Of a DNA stretch of 64,000 nt, positions 1 to 12,476 are shown in pieces (the stretch's first letter is position 1; each line of letters starts with the position of its first letter). Source of the DNA: Octopus sinensis (taxonomy: Eukaryota). Position numbers and translations under genes: made by a program. The notes below the pieces were generated by a model. The model worked only from the letters and a program-made list of their open reading frames with translations. It ran no database searches and had not been told where the DNA came from. The stretch lies in the NCBI RefSeq assembly GCF_006345805.1, contig NC_043014.1:4650001-4714000 (forward strand). Reading direction: 5' to 3'.

Positions 1-1230
1 ACAAGACTGCTTACTCCTTTGTAGGTATTTGGTCAAATCAGAATTTTAAATGTTGTCTACTACAGACCAAGTGAAAATGATGTTGTCTACTACGGACCAA
101 GTGAAAATGATGTTGTCTAACCACAGAATATAGATATCTCCATGTTAAATTAGAGGCAGGTGCTGGACGAAAAAACCACCATGGCGATCAAGAATTTCAG
201 GCTGACCAGCCTTGGATTGTAGATATCAAATACCGAGGCTGCTAACTGGTGATCAATTGTACAGGCTACGGATGGAGGTATTGTATGTGAGTGACCAGAG
301 CAGAAAAGTGGCCACTTGACTATCTTTAACTAGAGTGCCCAATGATCGTAGGTGTGGGCTAAATTGAATAGAGTCTCTTAGAATTGATGACAGTGACTGT
401 AAATGGTTAATGGAATGAACGTACAATGTAGAATGAGGACTGGACAAGCCACATACTGTAACTGATGGAAAAAGCTAAGGACTTTATTCATTAAGTAAAA
501 TAGAGAGAGACTAAATATTAGTGAGAGAACACAACAGAGTACAGAATGCACTTCTATTCTTCTCCGCCTCACCGAAATCGTCCTATTGCTTTAACCTTGC
601 TCTTTTCATGCACCACATCACCTCATTAATTATTCAGTATATCTTTGTAAGGTAATTCCGAAACTTCCCATTCAAATCTGCTGCTTCAAACTGCGTCCCC
701 AATCAACCTAACATTCCTTAAAAATGCTCTGAATCTGCTCTCTATAAATCCTACACGTATCATTTATCGATCGCCGACTCCGCCGTCCATTCATCTTAAG
801 CTCTACGCCATCACTGAACCTCTCGATTTTTCCTCCCACCTCGTTTCTGTGTATTGCATGAAAAAAAGTCTGTGTGATCATAACGTCTATGTAAGCCTGA
901 TTCGTCCGAGTCTAAACGAGAGGTTTAGCCACTGACTCTCGTATGATCGACTAAACAACATTTCATCGACGGTTACCCACCACTTCTCTGCATCTCGTCG
1001 TCTCCCGTATTGTCCTACTCAAACCTCCTACAATTTCCACCACCCAAAATATCCCCGTTCACACGTGAACATCTTTTCCATTTCGGATAAACACGAGTGC
1101 ATGGGTTATAAAATATCTTTCTTTTTCTCCATCTGTTGACATCCACCGAAAAACACCTACCCCATGCAAACATACATAATAAACCACATAACAGCCACAA
1201 GTTGGTACCCGTATACACTCAACATATATA

Positions 1231-1300
<70 letters not shown>

Positions 1301-1302
<2 letters not shown>

Positions 1303-1712
1303 CGCAGGAGTGGCGGTGTGGTAAGTAGCTTGCTTACCAACCACATGGTTCCGGGTTCAGTCCCACTGTGTTGCATCTTGGGCAAGTGTCTTCTGCAATA
1401 GCCTCGGGCCGACCAATGCATTGTGAGTGGATTTGGTAGACGGAAACTGAAAGTAGCCTGTCGAATATATGTATATATATATATTTGTGTATGTGTATAT
1501 GTTTGTGTGTCTGTGTTTGTCCCCCCACCATCGCTTGACAAACGATGCTGGTGTGTTTACGTCCCCGTTTCTTAGCGGTTCGGCAAAAAGTGATCGATAG
1601 AATAAGTACTGGGCTTACAAATAATAATTCCCGGGGTCGATATGCTCGACTGAAGGCGGTGCTCTAGCATGGCCGCTGTCAAATGACTGAAACAAGTAAA
1701 AGAAAAAAAGAG
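1301..1712 (+). mobile_element. tRNA-derived SINE, near full length; private to gene A intron 3
   Basis: GGCGCAGGAGTGGC...GGTTCCGGGTTCAGTCCC head with A/B-box-like motifs, inserted in (TA)n. Confidence 0.8.
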
Positions 1713-1726
1713 TATATATATATATG

Positions 1727-1760
<34 letters not shown>

Positions 1761-1978
1761 TACATATGATGAGAAGGCAAATGCACAGCTACGTTCTCAA
1801 GCTTTCAGCAACACACAGCTTACACTCACATAAACACTAACATATATACACCACAATTCGTTCACACGTGATTAAACATGACTTCTTTTAAGTGAAAAAT
1901 TGTAATGAATATTTCCGTTATTTCATTTATAATTTTGCTTAACATCTTTTTTACTTGATTTATTCTTAACAATTCAAG

Positions 1979-2478
1979 GTGTGGCTGGTGGACAATTTTA
2001 TTCCCATACTGGTGGAGGAAGTAATCTCTTGTGTCTACCCAACGATCCCATTTGGGCCAATTATACGATAGAAGTTGAAAAAGGTGGTTACATTTATGGC
2101 AGTGAATATCAATTAGATTTATACCCAACGAATAAACTGTTTTCTTTTGCTAACGCTGAATCAATTCATGAGCACAACGTTCCGTGCGCTGTCTGTTTGA
2201 CACGACAACCTGCTGTCGTTATGATGTTACCAGCCAGGACAAAGTGTTACCCTGGTTGGACAGCTGAGTACTCAGGATATTTGATGACCGCACGTCATGA
2301 ACATAAAGGCAGACATGAATATGTGTGTGTGGACTATGCACCAGAAGCTGATCCAGCAGGTTACAGAAACGAAAATGGAGCTTTACTGTATTTCGTTCAG
2401 GCTGCTTGTGGTTCATTGCCATGTCCACCGTATGTCAATGGTCGAGAATTAACCTGTGTTGTGTGCAGTAAACATTGA
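1979..2478 (+). CDS. Gene A, last exon (exon 4): short-chain collagen C4-like / NC1-like domain; upstream exons lie before the window
   Basis: Acceptor ttcaag|GT, 500 nt to TGA. Motifs GGGSNLLCLP, GSEYQ, VPCAVC, CYPGWTAEYSGYLM, CGSLPCPPY, ELTCVVCSK are typical of spongin short-chain-collagen-related proteins. Confidence 0.9.
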
Positions 2479-4134
2479 AAAGGAATTTACATTGGTTTCT
2501 ATATGAAAATTTATGTCGGCGAATTAAAAAATATAATATACTAAAGCAACATATACGTTTCTTGTAATTGTGTTTCGCAGTATTCTAATACAAGTAATAT
2601 ATGTCGTTAAATAAACTGCGGCTACAAGTTTTCAGAAAATATTCAAAACGAAACAACAGAGACGTCATAGAATGTGACAAATAGCTTAACAGAACGATGT
2701 AACCCTCAGGGAATGATTCTAGAATATTTTGTATGAGGTTCAGTTTATCAAATTTAAAATTTGAAATAAAATGATGATTCGTTTAAATGTGTGTTGTATT
2801 CCGTCTTAAAATGAAATCAATCCCCAAAAGAAACACCTCCGTACAAATATATCACCCTTTCATGATCAATCTTCAGAAAACACGATAAAAGCTTATAACT
2901 AACATCACTAAATCATGATGGTTTAATAAAAAAAATACTCCCATACGTATCAATGTAACTACAATCAATGCGATGACAGCACTGCAATCCAATCACGGAT
3001 ATTACCTAATAAAGGATATTTGATATCCACTGAAGAAATACCACAAAATGTTGACTACCTAACTACTTGTCAGGTTACTAACACATTGAAGTTTTCACGA
3101 AACACTTTCGACAAGGGTACAAGTACACGTCCCACGATGAACTACTTTCAACCTACATTCACATATTCCCGCTTTTCTACAAAAATCACACACACACAGC
3201 TTCTTATCGTTCCCTGAAATCTGATGTGCCAAAATAAAATATGAAACCACCAAGAAATATGAGTACACTTCAGGAACAGCATCAACCGAATCTACAGCAA
3301 CACCACAAAACATCAAGTTCAACAAATTATCTCCGTCTGTAACATAAAACTATCAAACTCGCAGAAGAGGAACTTGCTTCGAGATACATGCATACAATAA
3401 CTGTAACAGACATAAACGACTTAGTAATGAAAGGAAGACGACTTATAAAATATACATTAGGTGGAATCAGTGCAACATGTTGAGTCTTTCACACTCTACC
3501 CAGCATGATTGCTCCTTGTATGTGGGAGTTTGTAGAAGGGCTGCCAGATAAACGAAGGTATCCGTGGAAAGAGGGATCTGTGGGTGGCAGCACGTTTTTT
3601 GTCCGATTAATTGCGTGCCATAAGAATGCTCGATTGTGAAAAAGCTAGAGAAAAAGAATAATAATTAAGTAATATGAAAGCACGAAATGCAAATGGACAA
3701 ATGAATATATGGAAACATTCAACATGGCGTTTCCAGTGAACAGTATTAGCGCTCAGTATTAGGCATAAGCAATTTTTAGGTTCGTTAAAATGTGCTAATG
3801 GCATATTTAAAACTCTAAAGGCAAATTCAGTGCAGAAAGCGGCAAAAACAGCATATCGGTCAGGTGCTGCTCCCTATCGGGTTTCAGTTCAGCCGTTATC
3901 AAAAGAAAATACCGAAGAGGGGAATATCTGGACAAACTTAAAGCCATAGCTTTAACTTAAACATAGTCAACAACAACGAGTAAGTGACGCTATTAGAGCG
4001 CAAGGCTGGAGTCTGTCGTGAGTTACCTCCCTTCGGTATTTCTCTTTGATAAATACTTCGCTAGAGGAGTTGATTTCAACCTTGTGCCCCAACAGTAACT
4101 GCGGTCGCTCGTACGGGCCCGCATTTTCCCCGCA

Positions 4135-4399
4135 TATTTGTGTGCGTGTGTGTGTGTGCGTGTGTCGATGTGTGTGTGTATGTTTGTGTCTGTGTGTGTA
4201 TGTCAGTGTGTGTGTGTCAGTTTGTGTGTGTGTGTGTGTGTTTGTGTATGTGTGTGTGTGTGTTTGTATGTGTGTGTGTATATTTGTATGTGTGTATGTG
4301 TGTGTGTGTTTGTATGTGTGTGTGTGTCAGTGTGTTTTGTGTGTGTCAGTGTGTGTGTCAGTGTGCGTGTGTGAGTGTGTGTCAGTGTGTGTTTGTTTG

Positions 4400-4456
<57 letters not shown>

Positions 4457-4675
4457 CAGTGTGTGTGTGTGTCACTGTGTGTGTCAACTTGTGCGTGTCA
4501 GTGTGTGTGAGAGTGTGTGTCAGTGTGTGTGTGTGTGTGCGTATGTCAGTGTGTGTGTGTGTACGTGTGTGTGTGTGAATGTCAGTGTGTGTCTGTGTAT
4601 GTGTGCCTGTGTGTTAGTGCGTGTGTGTTTGTGTGTCAGTGTGTGTGTGTGTGTGTCAGTGTTTGTGTGTCATGT
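4135..4675. repeat. Degenerate (TG)n block; similar blocks at 8118-8632 and in the other units
   Basis: Read directly from the sequence. Confidence 0.95.
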
Positions 4676-4773
4676 GGCTGATAAGCAAACTGAACCCTGA
4701 ACCACGTCGTTGGTAAACAAGCTACTTACCACACGGCCACTCCTGCGCCCATATAAATAGATTCAAATATATT

Positions 4774-4838
<65 letters not shown>

Positions 4839-4904
4839 CTAGATAGACGAACGGGCCAATAGACAGACAGACTGACGGACGGACAGATTGAAAGACATCG
4901 TGAG

Positions 4905-5015
4905 GTTGTGAAGGAGCGCGGCTTAGTGGTTAGGGCATTCGGTTCACGATAGAAAGCTCGTATGTTCGATTCCTAGCAACGTGTTATGTCCTTGAGCAAG
5001 ACACTTTATTTCTTG
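4905..5015 (+). mobile_element. SINE head fragment; copy at ~36670-36780
   Basis: GGCTTAGTGGTTAGG...GTTCGATTCC...CTTGAGCAAGACACTTTATTTC. Confidence 0.55.
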
Positions 5016-5163
5016 TTGCGGCAAATATATATAGAGAGAAGTGGGGAGGGAGAGAATGGGGGAGAGAGAGGGAGAGGGAGCGAGAGATGAATAGTGATAG
5101 AAAGAGAGACAGACAGACTGACGGTCGGACAAACAGAAAGACAGACAGATAAATAGACAGACT

Positions 5164-5233
<70 letters not shown>

Positions 5234-5359
5234 GAAGAAGATAGACAGGTACATAGATATGCATCTGTGTGTGTGTGTGTGCGTGTGTGTATTTGTTGGA
5301 TAACTATCCGGAGAAAAAATATTCCCTATCAACGAAATCTGCAGTATTTCATGAACAAC

Positions 5360-5500
5360 TGATGAAATTTTTCAGAAAACTTTTCAAAAATTTTGATCAA
5401 AATTTCCAAAAAGTTTTTTAAAGTTTTGATGAAAATTTTCAAAAAACTTTAAAAAATTTTGATGAAAATTTTCAAAAAAGTTTTTTAAAATTTTGATGAA
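5360..5500. repeat. ~33-bp AT-rich minisatellite (TTTTGATGAAAATTTTCAAAAAAG...); copies at 20228-20402 and 37094-37268
   Basis: TTTTGAT(C/G)AA recurs about every 33 bp. Confidence 0.8.
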
Positions 5501-5726
5501 GAGCTAGTAGAAACGTTAGCACGCCGGGCGAAATGCTTAGTGGTATTTCGTCTGCGGTTACGTTCTGTGTTCAAATTCCGCTGAGGTCGACATTGCTTTT
5601 CATCATTTCGGGGTCGATAAATTAAGTACCAGTGAAACACTGGGGTTGATATAACCGACTTAATCCGCTTGTCTGTCCTTGTTTGTCCTCTGTGTGTTTA
5701 GCCCCTTGTGGGTAGTAAAGAAATAG
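5501..5726 (+). mobile_element. Third SINE-like repeat; copies at 20403-20628 and 37269-37495
   Basis: GTTCAAATTCCGC B-box-like motif and GGGGTCGATAAATTAAGTACCAGT core shared with the 1301 family. Confidence 0.65.
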
Positions 5727-6531
5727 ATAGATCTTAAAGCAATCTTACATGGACCCCCAACTGTCAACTTAACTACTGTTGGGAACCACTGATTTGGGCA
5801 CTTGTAAATCCAATATTAAAATTGACTTCGATATGAATCGAATCTTCGTTATATCTCAGAGGCAATATGTCTGAAAATAAAAAGAATAAAAAAATTGAAA
5901 AAACAAAGAACGGAGAAATGACAGCAAAAAAAGAATTGTTTGGATTGGGCAGACGTCGGAGGTAAACACAGCTACCACCAGCAAAACCGTGACCGCCACC
6001 ACAACAATTACCAGCACCAGCACTACTACCACCACTACCATGACCACCACCACAACTACAACCATTGCCACCACCACCACCACTACTATCTCAAACAACA
6101 ACACCACCACCACCAACATCAACAACAAAAGCCTTCATTGTATTGCCGAAGGTAAAAGAGAAGACATGTCAGCAATATCAAAGTCCCCCACCCCACCCCC
6201 CGACCCCAGCAACAGAGATTGAGGTTTACGAAAGATCCTGTATTAAAATCTAAGTGGAAACCCTTTTTCTTCCCGACATGTTGCTGCTATTTCAAAATGC
6301 CTCGGCCAGACTCACGCAAACAACGCCGGGTTCCTAATTCTAGAGAGAATCGGTCGTATTTAATGTATTTCGTTGTTTTGGTTGTTATTGATGTTGTTGT
6401 TGTTGTTGTTAATGTTGTTGTTGTCCAGCCCTCACGAAAGCCTAATCGAGCAGGTCTATGATCGAAGACATCCAGTCGTGACCAACCCATCTTTTATTCA
6501 GTAACGTTTATATAAAAATAACAGCCAAAAG

Positions 6532-6850
6532 GTTTGTTGGCTGGTTGGTGGTGGATCGGTTGGTCATGACTGGTTTGTCGGTTGGTGGCTGGCTGGCTGG
6601 TTGGTCTGTGGGTCACCTGGTTGGCTGGTTTGTCGGTTGGTGGTGGATCGGTTGGTCATGACTGGTTTGTCGGTTGGTTGCTGGCTGGCTGGTTTGTCTG
6701 TGGGGCACCTGCTTGGCTGGTTTGTCGGTTGGTAGGGGATCGGCTGGTTGGTTGGTTTGTCGGTTGGTTGCTGGTTGGCTGGTTTGTCGGTGGGTCACCT
6801 GGTTGGTTGGTTTGTCGGTTGGTCGTGGATCGACCGGTTGGTTTGTGTCA
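6532..6850. repeat. (TGGT/TGGC)-derived higher-order minisatellite; longer at 21430-21965, shorter at 38300-38530
   Basis: ~90-bp cassettes marked by GGATCGG, GTCATGAC and GGTCACC recur. Confidence 0.8.
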
Positions 6851-7194
6851 TGCGCGGGGACATAGAAATAATCGGACTGAATACCAGATCGCGCGGTTAA
6901 ACCATTGGGAGTGAAGGACCCCTAGACTTTGTTAGGGCATCCTTCTAGGAGAAGGTAACTCAGGTAACCGGGATAACTCCGATATAAAACCTGCGGCTCA
7001 GTGGTTACCGATGATGTTGACTTGTTCTTCTTTTCGGATTATGGCTGCTGTTGCTTAGTGACTGGGATTGACTCAGTGCACAGACTTTCCTCACTATAAG
7101 AAACATCTTCATGCACAGGCATTGCAAGATAACAACATTGATTAAGCTTCGTGCAATGCCCATACTCGATAACGAGGGGGCAGCCACCAAGTTT

Positions 7195-7654
7195 GTATGT
7201 ATGTATGTATGGATGTATGTATGTATGGATGGATGGATGGATGGATGTAAGTATGTATGCATGTATGTATGTATGTATGTATGTATGTATGTATGTGTAT
7301 ATGTGTCTATCGATATATACATGCTTACATTCAAACATACATGCATGTATACATGTATACATACATACTTGTATGTATAAATATATGCATACATGTATGT
7401 ATGTATGTATGTACGTATGTATGTGTGTGTATGTATGTATGTTTGTATGTATGTATGTGTGTATGTATGTGTGTATGTATGTATATATATATGTGTGTGC
7501 TTGTAAGTATATATGTATGTATGGGGGTATATATGTATGTATATACGTGAGTGTGTCTGTATGCATGTATGTATGTATGTGAGTATGTATGTATGTTTGT
7601 ATGTATACCTGAAAGTATGTGTGCATGTATGTATGTATATATGTATGTATGTAA

Positions 7655-7685
<31 letters not shown>

Positions 7686-7945
7686 TGTATGTATGTATGT
7701 ATGTATGTATGTATATGTGTATGTATATACGTGAGTGTGTATGTATGCATGCATGCATGTATGTATGTATGTATGTATGTATATATGTAAGTATGTGTGT
7801 ATATATGTGTGTATGTATGTATGTATGTATGTGTGTATGTATGTATGTATGTATGTATGTATGTATGTATGTATGTATGTATGTATATATGCATGCATGC
7901 ATGTATGTATGTATGTATATATGTATGTATGTGTGTATATATGTA
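7195..7945. repeat. Degenerate (TATG)n block; copies at ~22310-23015 and ~38880-39520
   Basis: Read directly from the sequence. Confidence 0.95.
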
Positions 7946-9044
7946 TAAGTGGGTGGGAATTGGTAGGTTTTGATTTTGATATTTACATAAAACTTTTCTA
8001 ATCCGATTAACGCTTGTTGTGAAGAATCCAATCCGAACAGCGGACTTCATTAGATTAAGTCTTGCGATTACTGTGTGGGTTGAACGAAATACTTCCCACG
8101 CTGAATATTAAAACAGTGTGTGAGTGTGTGTGTGTGTGTGTGTTTCGGTGTGTGTGTGTGTGTGTGTGTGTGTCAGTGTATGTGTGCGTGTGGGAGTGTG
8201 TGTGTGTGTGTGTCAGTGTATGTGTCAGTGTATGTGTGTGTGTCAGTGTATGTGCGTGTGTGTGTCAGCGTGTGTGTGTGTGTGTGCCAGTGTGTGTGTG
8301 TCAATGTGTATGTCTGTGCGTGAGTGTGTGTGTGTGTGTAAGACAATGTATCTGTGTGTGTGTGTCAGTGTGTGTGTCAGTGTGTGTTGGTGTGTGTGGG
8401 TGTGTGTTGGTGTGTGTGTATGTCAGTATGTGTGTGTGTGTTAGTGTGTGTGCGTGTGTGTGTCTGTGTGTCAGTGTGTGTAGGTGTGTGTGTTGGTGTT
8501 CGTGTCAGTGTGTGCTTGTGTGTGCGTGTCAGTGTGTGTGTGTCAGTGTCTGTGTGTGTGTCCGTCCGTGTGTGTTTGCGTGTCAGTGTGTGTGTATGCG
8601 TGTGTGTATGCGTGTGTGTCTGTGTATTTGTTGGTTGAACGAAATACTTCCCACACTGAATATTAAAACAGTTTCCCAAGAATTACAAATAAAATTAAAT
8701 AACAACATTAGTAAATAAATATATCATAATATATCCAGAAACAGGAATCATTTCACTTTACACGAGTCTCTCATTCATCAAAATATATTGCTAATTATTG
8801 TGTGACAATATCAAACCATCTCTTTCCAATAATTAAACCTGTCAGACAAGTTCACACCCGCTTTTACAGTTCCACCAATCGCATTGGTTCTTAAATTTAC
8901 GATTAAGATCTATGCCAGAGCTGGGTTGTTGTGCGCTCAATAAATACGTGGAATTCAGTTACAGGTCTTCAGCTTAAACCTCGCATCTCGATCTTTTGTT
9001 GAAGCCACACGAAGTATCACTTACGGCCGACAACTGTCACCAGA

Positions 9045-9188
9045 ATGGATTTCGCACAACTGTCCAGGAATATTTCGCAGCGTTATTCCATTTCTTCTCT
9101 CATAGCTTTTGGGGTTCTTCTCGTTCTGACGATCGTGATTCTTCATCAAGATTCAAGAATAGGAAAAATGGAAGAGAAATCAAAAACG
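9045..9188 (+). CDS. Gene B exon 1: N-terminus with hydrophobic signal-anchor (MDFAQ...LIAFGVLLVLTIVIL...SKT)
   Basis: ATG, 48 codons, phase-0 donor ACG|gtaagt. Conserved in all four units. Confidence 0.8.
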
Positions 9189-9614
9189 GTAAGTCATGGA
9201 TTTTGTGTTAATATATGTATGTCTTTATGTATTTATATATGCATGTATGTATGTATGCATTTACGTATGTATGTATTAATATGTGGATGTATGTACGTAC
9301 CGATGGATGGATGAATGTAATGATGTATGCACGAATCACGTACATATGTTCCTATGGAGCACACACACACACACATAAGATCACACACGTAATCACACAC
9401 GAACACACAGGTGCACACACCTAAGCATACATATATATACATATACGTATATTTGTATATATAATATACATATATATATCTAAATATACATATATATGAA
9501 AATGTTAGTGCGTGAACATATATAGATATATATATACAAACATATATCTGCGTGTGTGTATCTATCACTGTATCACTCTGCCTATCTCTCTCTCTCTCTC
9601 TCTCTCTATTTATC

Positions 9615-9651
<37 letters not shown>

Positions 9652-9664
9652 CTGTGTATATAAA

Positions 9665-9850
9665 TATATTCTTTTACCCGTGTCAGTCATTTGACTGCGG
9701 CCATGCTAGAGCACTGCGTTTAGTAGGACGAATCGTTTCAGGAATTATTCTTTGTAAGCCTATTGCTCATTCTCTCGGTATCTCTAGCCGAACCGCTAAA
9801 TAACAGGGACGTAAACACACTGACATCAGTTGAGAATCGATAGTGGTGCA
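9665..9850 (-). mobile_element. 3' half of the same SINE family; paralogous copies at ~24770, ~41135 and ~53815
   Basis: Reverse complement resembles 1540-1700 (CAGTCATTTGACTGCGGCCATGCT). Confidence 0.65.
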
Positions 9851-10041
9851 ACAATAACAGACACACATAAAACATAGATACATACACGCTATGTGTGCTA
9901 TACACACACAGACACACACACACACACATACACACATACATCTATATATATATATATACATATCATATATACATTCACACATATATAGTTACGTATGTAT
10001 GTACATACATATCTATCAATCAATCTATTTGTCTACATATA

Positions 10042-10158
<117 letters not shown>

Positions 10159-10185
10159 GTCCCTGTTTGTATTTTTCTACATATC

Positions 10186-10274
<89 letters not shown>

Positions 10275-10985
10275 ATATATGTATATATGTATACATACAT
10301 ATACACACATCCCAATTAAACAAAAAGAAGGGTGGAATTGTACTCCTGTCCGATCGCTCTTTCACCAGACATAATCCTGGAGAGGGAAATAAGTGCGTAA
10401 TGAAAAAAATCTAATGGTGGGGTTCTAGCATGGCCATGCCCTGTCGCTGCAACTTTTAGCCCTATTAATATTAGTGTTAAGTATTATATCTAGATGTACA
10501 CTTACACACACGCACAGAAACGGACACATACAAACACACACACGCGCACACATAGGAATACGTACATATTTACACACATTTATCTATTTCTCTCCATCGG
10601 GAACGGAAGTGAGGCGAGTTTTTTTGAATCTTTTCTTTCCAACTGAAAATAAAACGTGCGAGTGCCAATGTAGATCGGTGAATTTCGTAATGTTTGACTG
10701 TAATTCACGTTGGTTTTTATATATGACAATACGTAAGAACGAATGTAAATACATACACACAGACACACGGACAAACACACGCACAAATAAACACAAACAC
10801 ACACACATACGCACGCACACAGACACACGTGCTCAATTGTACACGAACAATCACACTATACAGTGTATGTCCACTCACATATATGTGTGCGTTTGTGTGT
10901 GTGTATGCGTATTAGTAGATACGTATACTTTTGATATTTATGGTGTGTATGCTTAAGTATACGTGCATACGTATATATCGATATG

Positions 10986-11058
<73 letters not shown>

Positions 11059-11062
11059 GTGT

Positions 11063-11335
11063 TGAGGAGCAGTGGCCCAGTGGTAAGGGCAACCGACTCA
11101 CGGTTGTAGGATCTCGGTTTCGATTCCCTGACTGGGCGGTGTCTGTTTAAAGCTCCACGACGCTCAGGGAGTGGTTTGTTGTGATCACTGCTGTACTCTT
11201 TCGCTACAACTTTCTCCCTTTCTTCTGTTGGCCTGCTCGCTTAGCCAACGGGGTGGCGTCATTTGAAGGCTGAAACAATGCGAAGCGCATTGTGACCAGC
11301 GATGTGTAGCAACAACTGATAGCCTGGTCAATCAC
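11063..11335 (+). mobile_element. Second tRNA-derived SINE family; copies at 26030-26270, 42431-42700 and 55684-55950
   Basis: GCAGTGGCCCAGTGGTTAGGGCAGCGGACTC...GGTTTCGATTCCC head, conserved 3' GAAGCGCATTGTGACCAGCG. Confidence 0.7.
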
Positions 11336-11517
11336 GGTGATCACGGAGATATATGTATAATACGCACGCAATTCACACACACATACTTCAAACTAGACCT
11401 GTGGTAGAGACAAAAGGAGCCAAGCCCAATTCCTTCTTCTTACCTCTTAAGATTGACAGCCACAACCACACGCACACGCAGACCTCCGCGCACGCTCTTA
11501 TCCACACTTACACACAC

Positions 11518-11803
11518 ATTCCTCCTCCTCTACCACTTTCCTGTCTTTGAAAGAACTTTTCTTCACCCATTTCCTTCCGGTCATTCAAAATGTGCCCGCG
11601 TGTGTACCATTGGCGATTTTTTTTACTCTGTCTTCCCTCCTCTGGATCTTTCCTTCTCGTATGTTTCCGACGAAGAGCTCCACCCGAACGTTAAACCATC
11701 CTTCTTTCCTTCTTTCCTGAACGTCCAATAATACTATATTTGTTCCACGTCCTCGCGTTGTTGTTTTTTTGTGCTTTCTAGTTTGGATTAAATTTAACTA
11801 TGT
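11518..11803 (+). mobile_element. Pyrimidine-rich Penelope-like repeat with decayed minimal HHR (11663-11696)
   Basis: GTTT-CCGACGA-A-GAGCTCCACCC-GAACGT-T-AAAC. Boundaries approximate. Confidence 0.5.
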
Positions 11804-11831
11804 ATATACATATGTGTATATATATATATAT

Positions 11832-12371
11832 ATTCAACAATATAAGGAATGGCCATAATAGGACATTCCACTTACTAGAAAGGGCAGCCAAACTCAAACC
11901 GCTAAATACCCTTATATTTATTAATTAATGATTTTTTGGCTAATTTTGAAATTAAATCAGCAGTTTATATTTGCTGCTGAGAAGACAGCGCGATTGCGGT
12001 AGAATTTTGAAAATTTAGAGCATATGAACTGGAGGCTTCTTTACCATCGCCTCGTGGACTTATACTCGTCCTAGGCTTCTCTGCTGACGAGGCATGCCAG
12101 ATGTAAATAAATTTAATTAATTCGTTTACTAAAGTTTGCCGAAACTATGCATAGTCCGGAGATGAAAGGGGTAAACGTTTTTATTTGTCTTTCTATTTCA
12201 GAAACACAACTATTTAGCGGTGTGAGTTTGGCTGCTCTTTCCAGTCAGTCGAATGTCCTATTATGGCCATTCCTTATATTGTTGAATGTATGGTATATAG
12301 TCTTTGACTATCTTTCCTTTCTCACTAAACCGCTGGTAGCAGAGAATTTTTTGCTACCCTTATATTTATTA

Positions 12372-12373
<2 letters not shown>
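11832..12373 (+). mobile_element. Retrozyme-like insertion: one permuted 448-bp monomer with 19-nt terminal redundancy, plus a 5' inverted 77-bp arm; private to gene B intron 1
   Basis: Direct repeat TACCCTTATATTTATTAAT at 11907-11925 and 12355-12373. 11832-11908 is the reverse complement of 12211-12287 (5 mismatches). Collinear with the 490-bp monomer. Confidence 0.82.
12078..12162 (+). ncRNA. Canonical type I hammerhead ribozyme; predicted cleavage after GTC at 12156
   Basis: Helix I TCTCTG/CGGAGA (one G.U), core CTGACGA, helix II GGCA/TGCC, GAAA, palindromic helix III ACTATGCATAGT, then C17. Confidence 0.92.
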
Positions 12374-12437
<64 letters not shown>

Positions 12438-12439
12438 GT

Positions 12440-12474
<35 letters not shown>

Positions 12475-12476
<2 letters not shown>

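Noticed and set aside
51-120. 30-bp tandem duplication private to unit A
   Set aside because: Simple local slippage in an intron, with no sign of function.
600-1130. Intron-3 minus-strand ORF fragments as a possible transposase
   Set aside because: Frames are broken in all copies and I could not recognise a diagnostic motif.
1981-1983. GTG start codons proposed by the ORF track for the C4-like ORFs
   Set aside because: They follow phase-1 AG acceptors and join in frame to exon 3, so these are terminal exons rather than intronless genes.
5856-6128. Poly-Val 'transmembrane' and poly-Thr/His ORFs
   Set aside because: They come from (CAC/CAA)n trinucleotide repeats.
4046-8718. Long ORFs rich in CV, TH, YI and MYVC repeats, here and in every unit
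   Set aside because: They are translations of (TG)n, (TA)n and (TATG)n microsatellites, with no splice or domain support.
11063-11140. tRNA genes at the SINE heads
   Set aside because: A/B-box-like motifs are present, but there is no complete cloverleaf and the sequences continue into SINE bodies.
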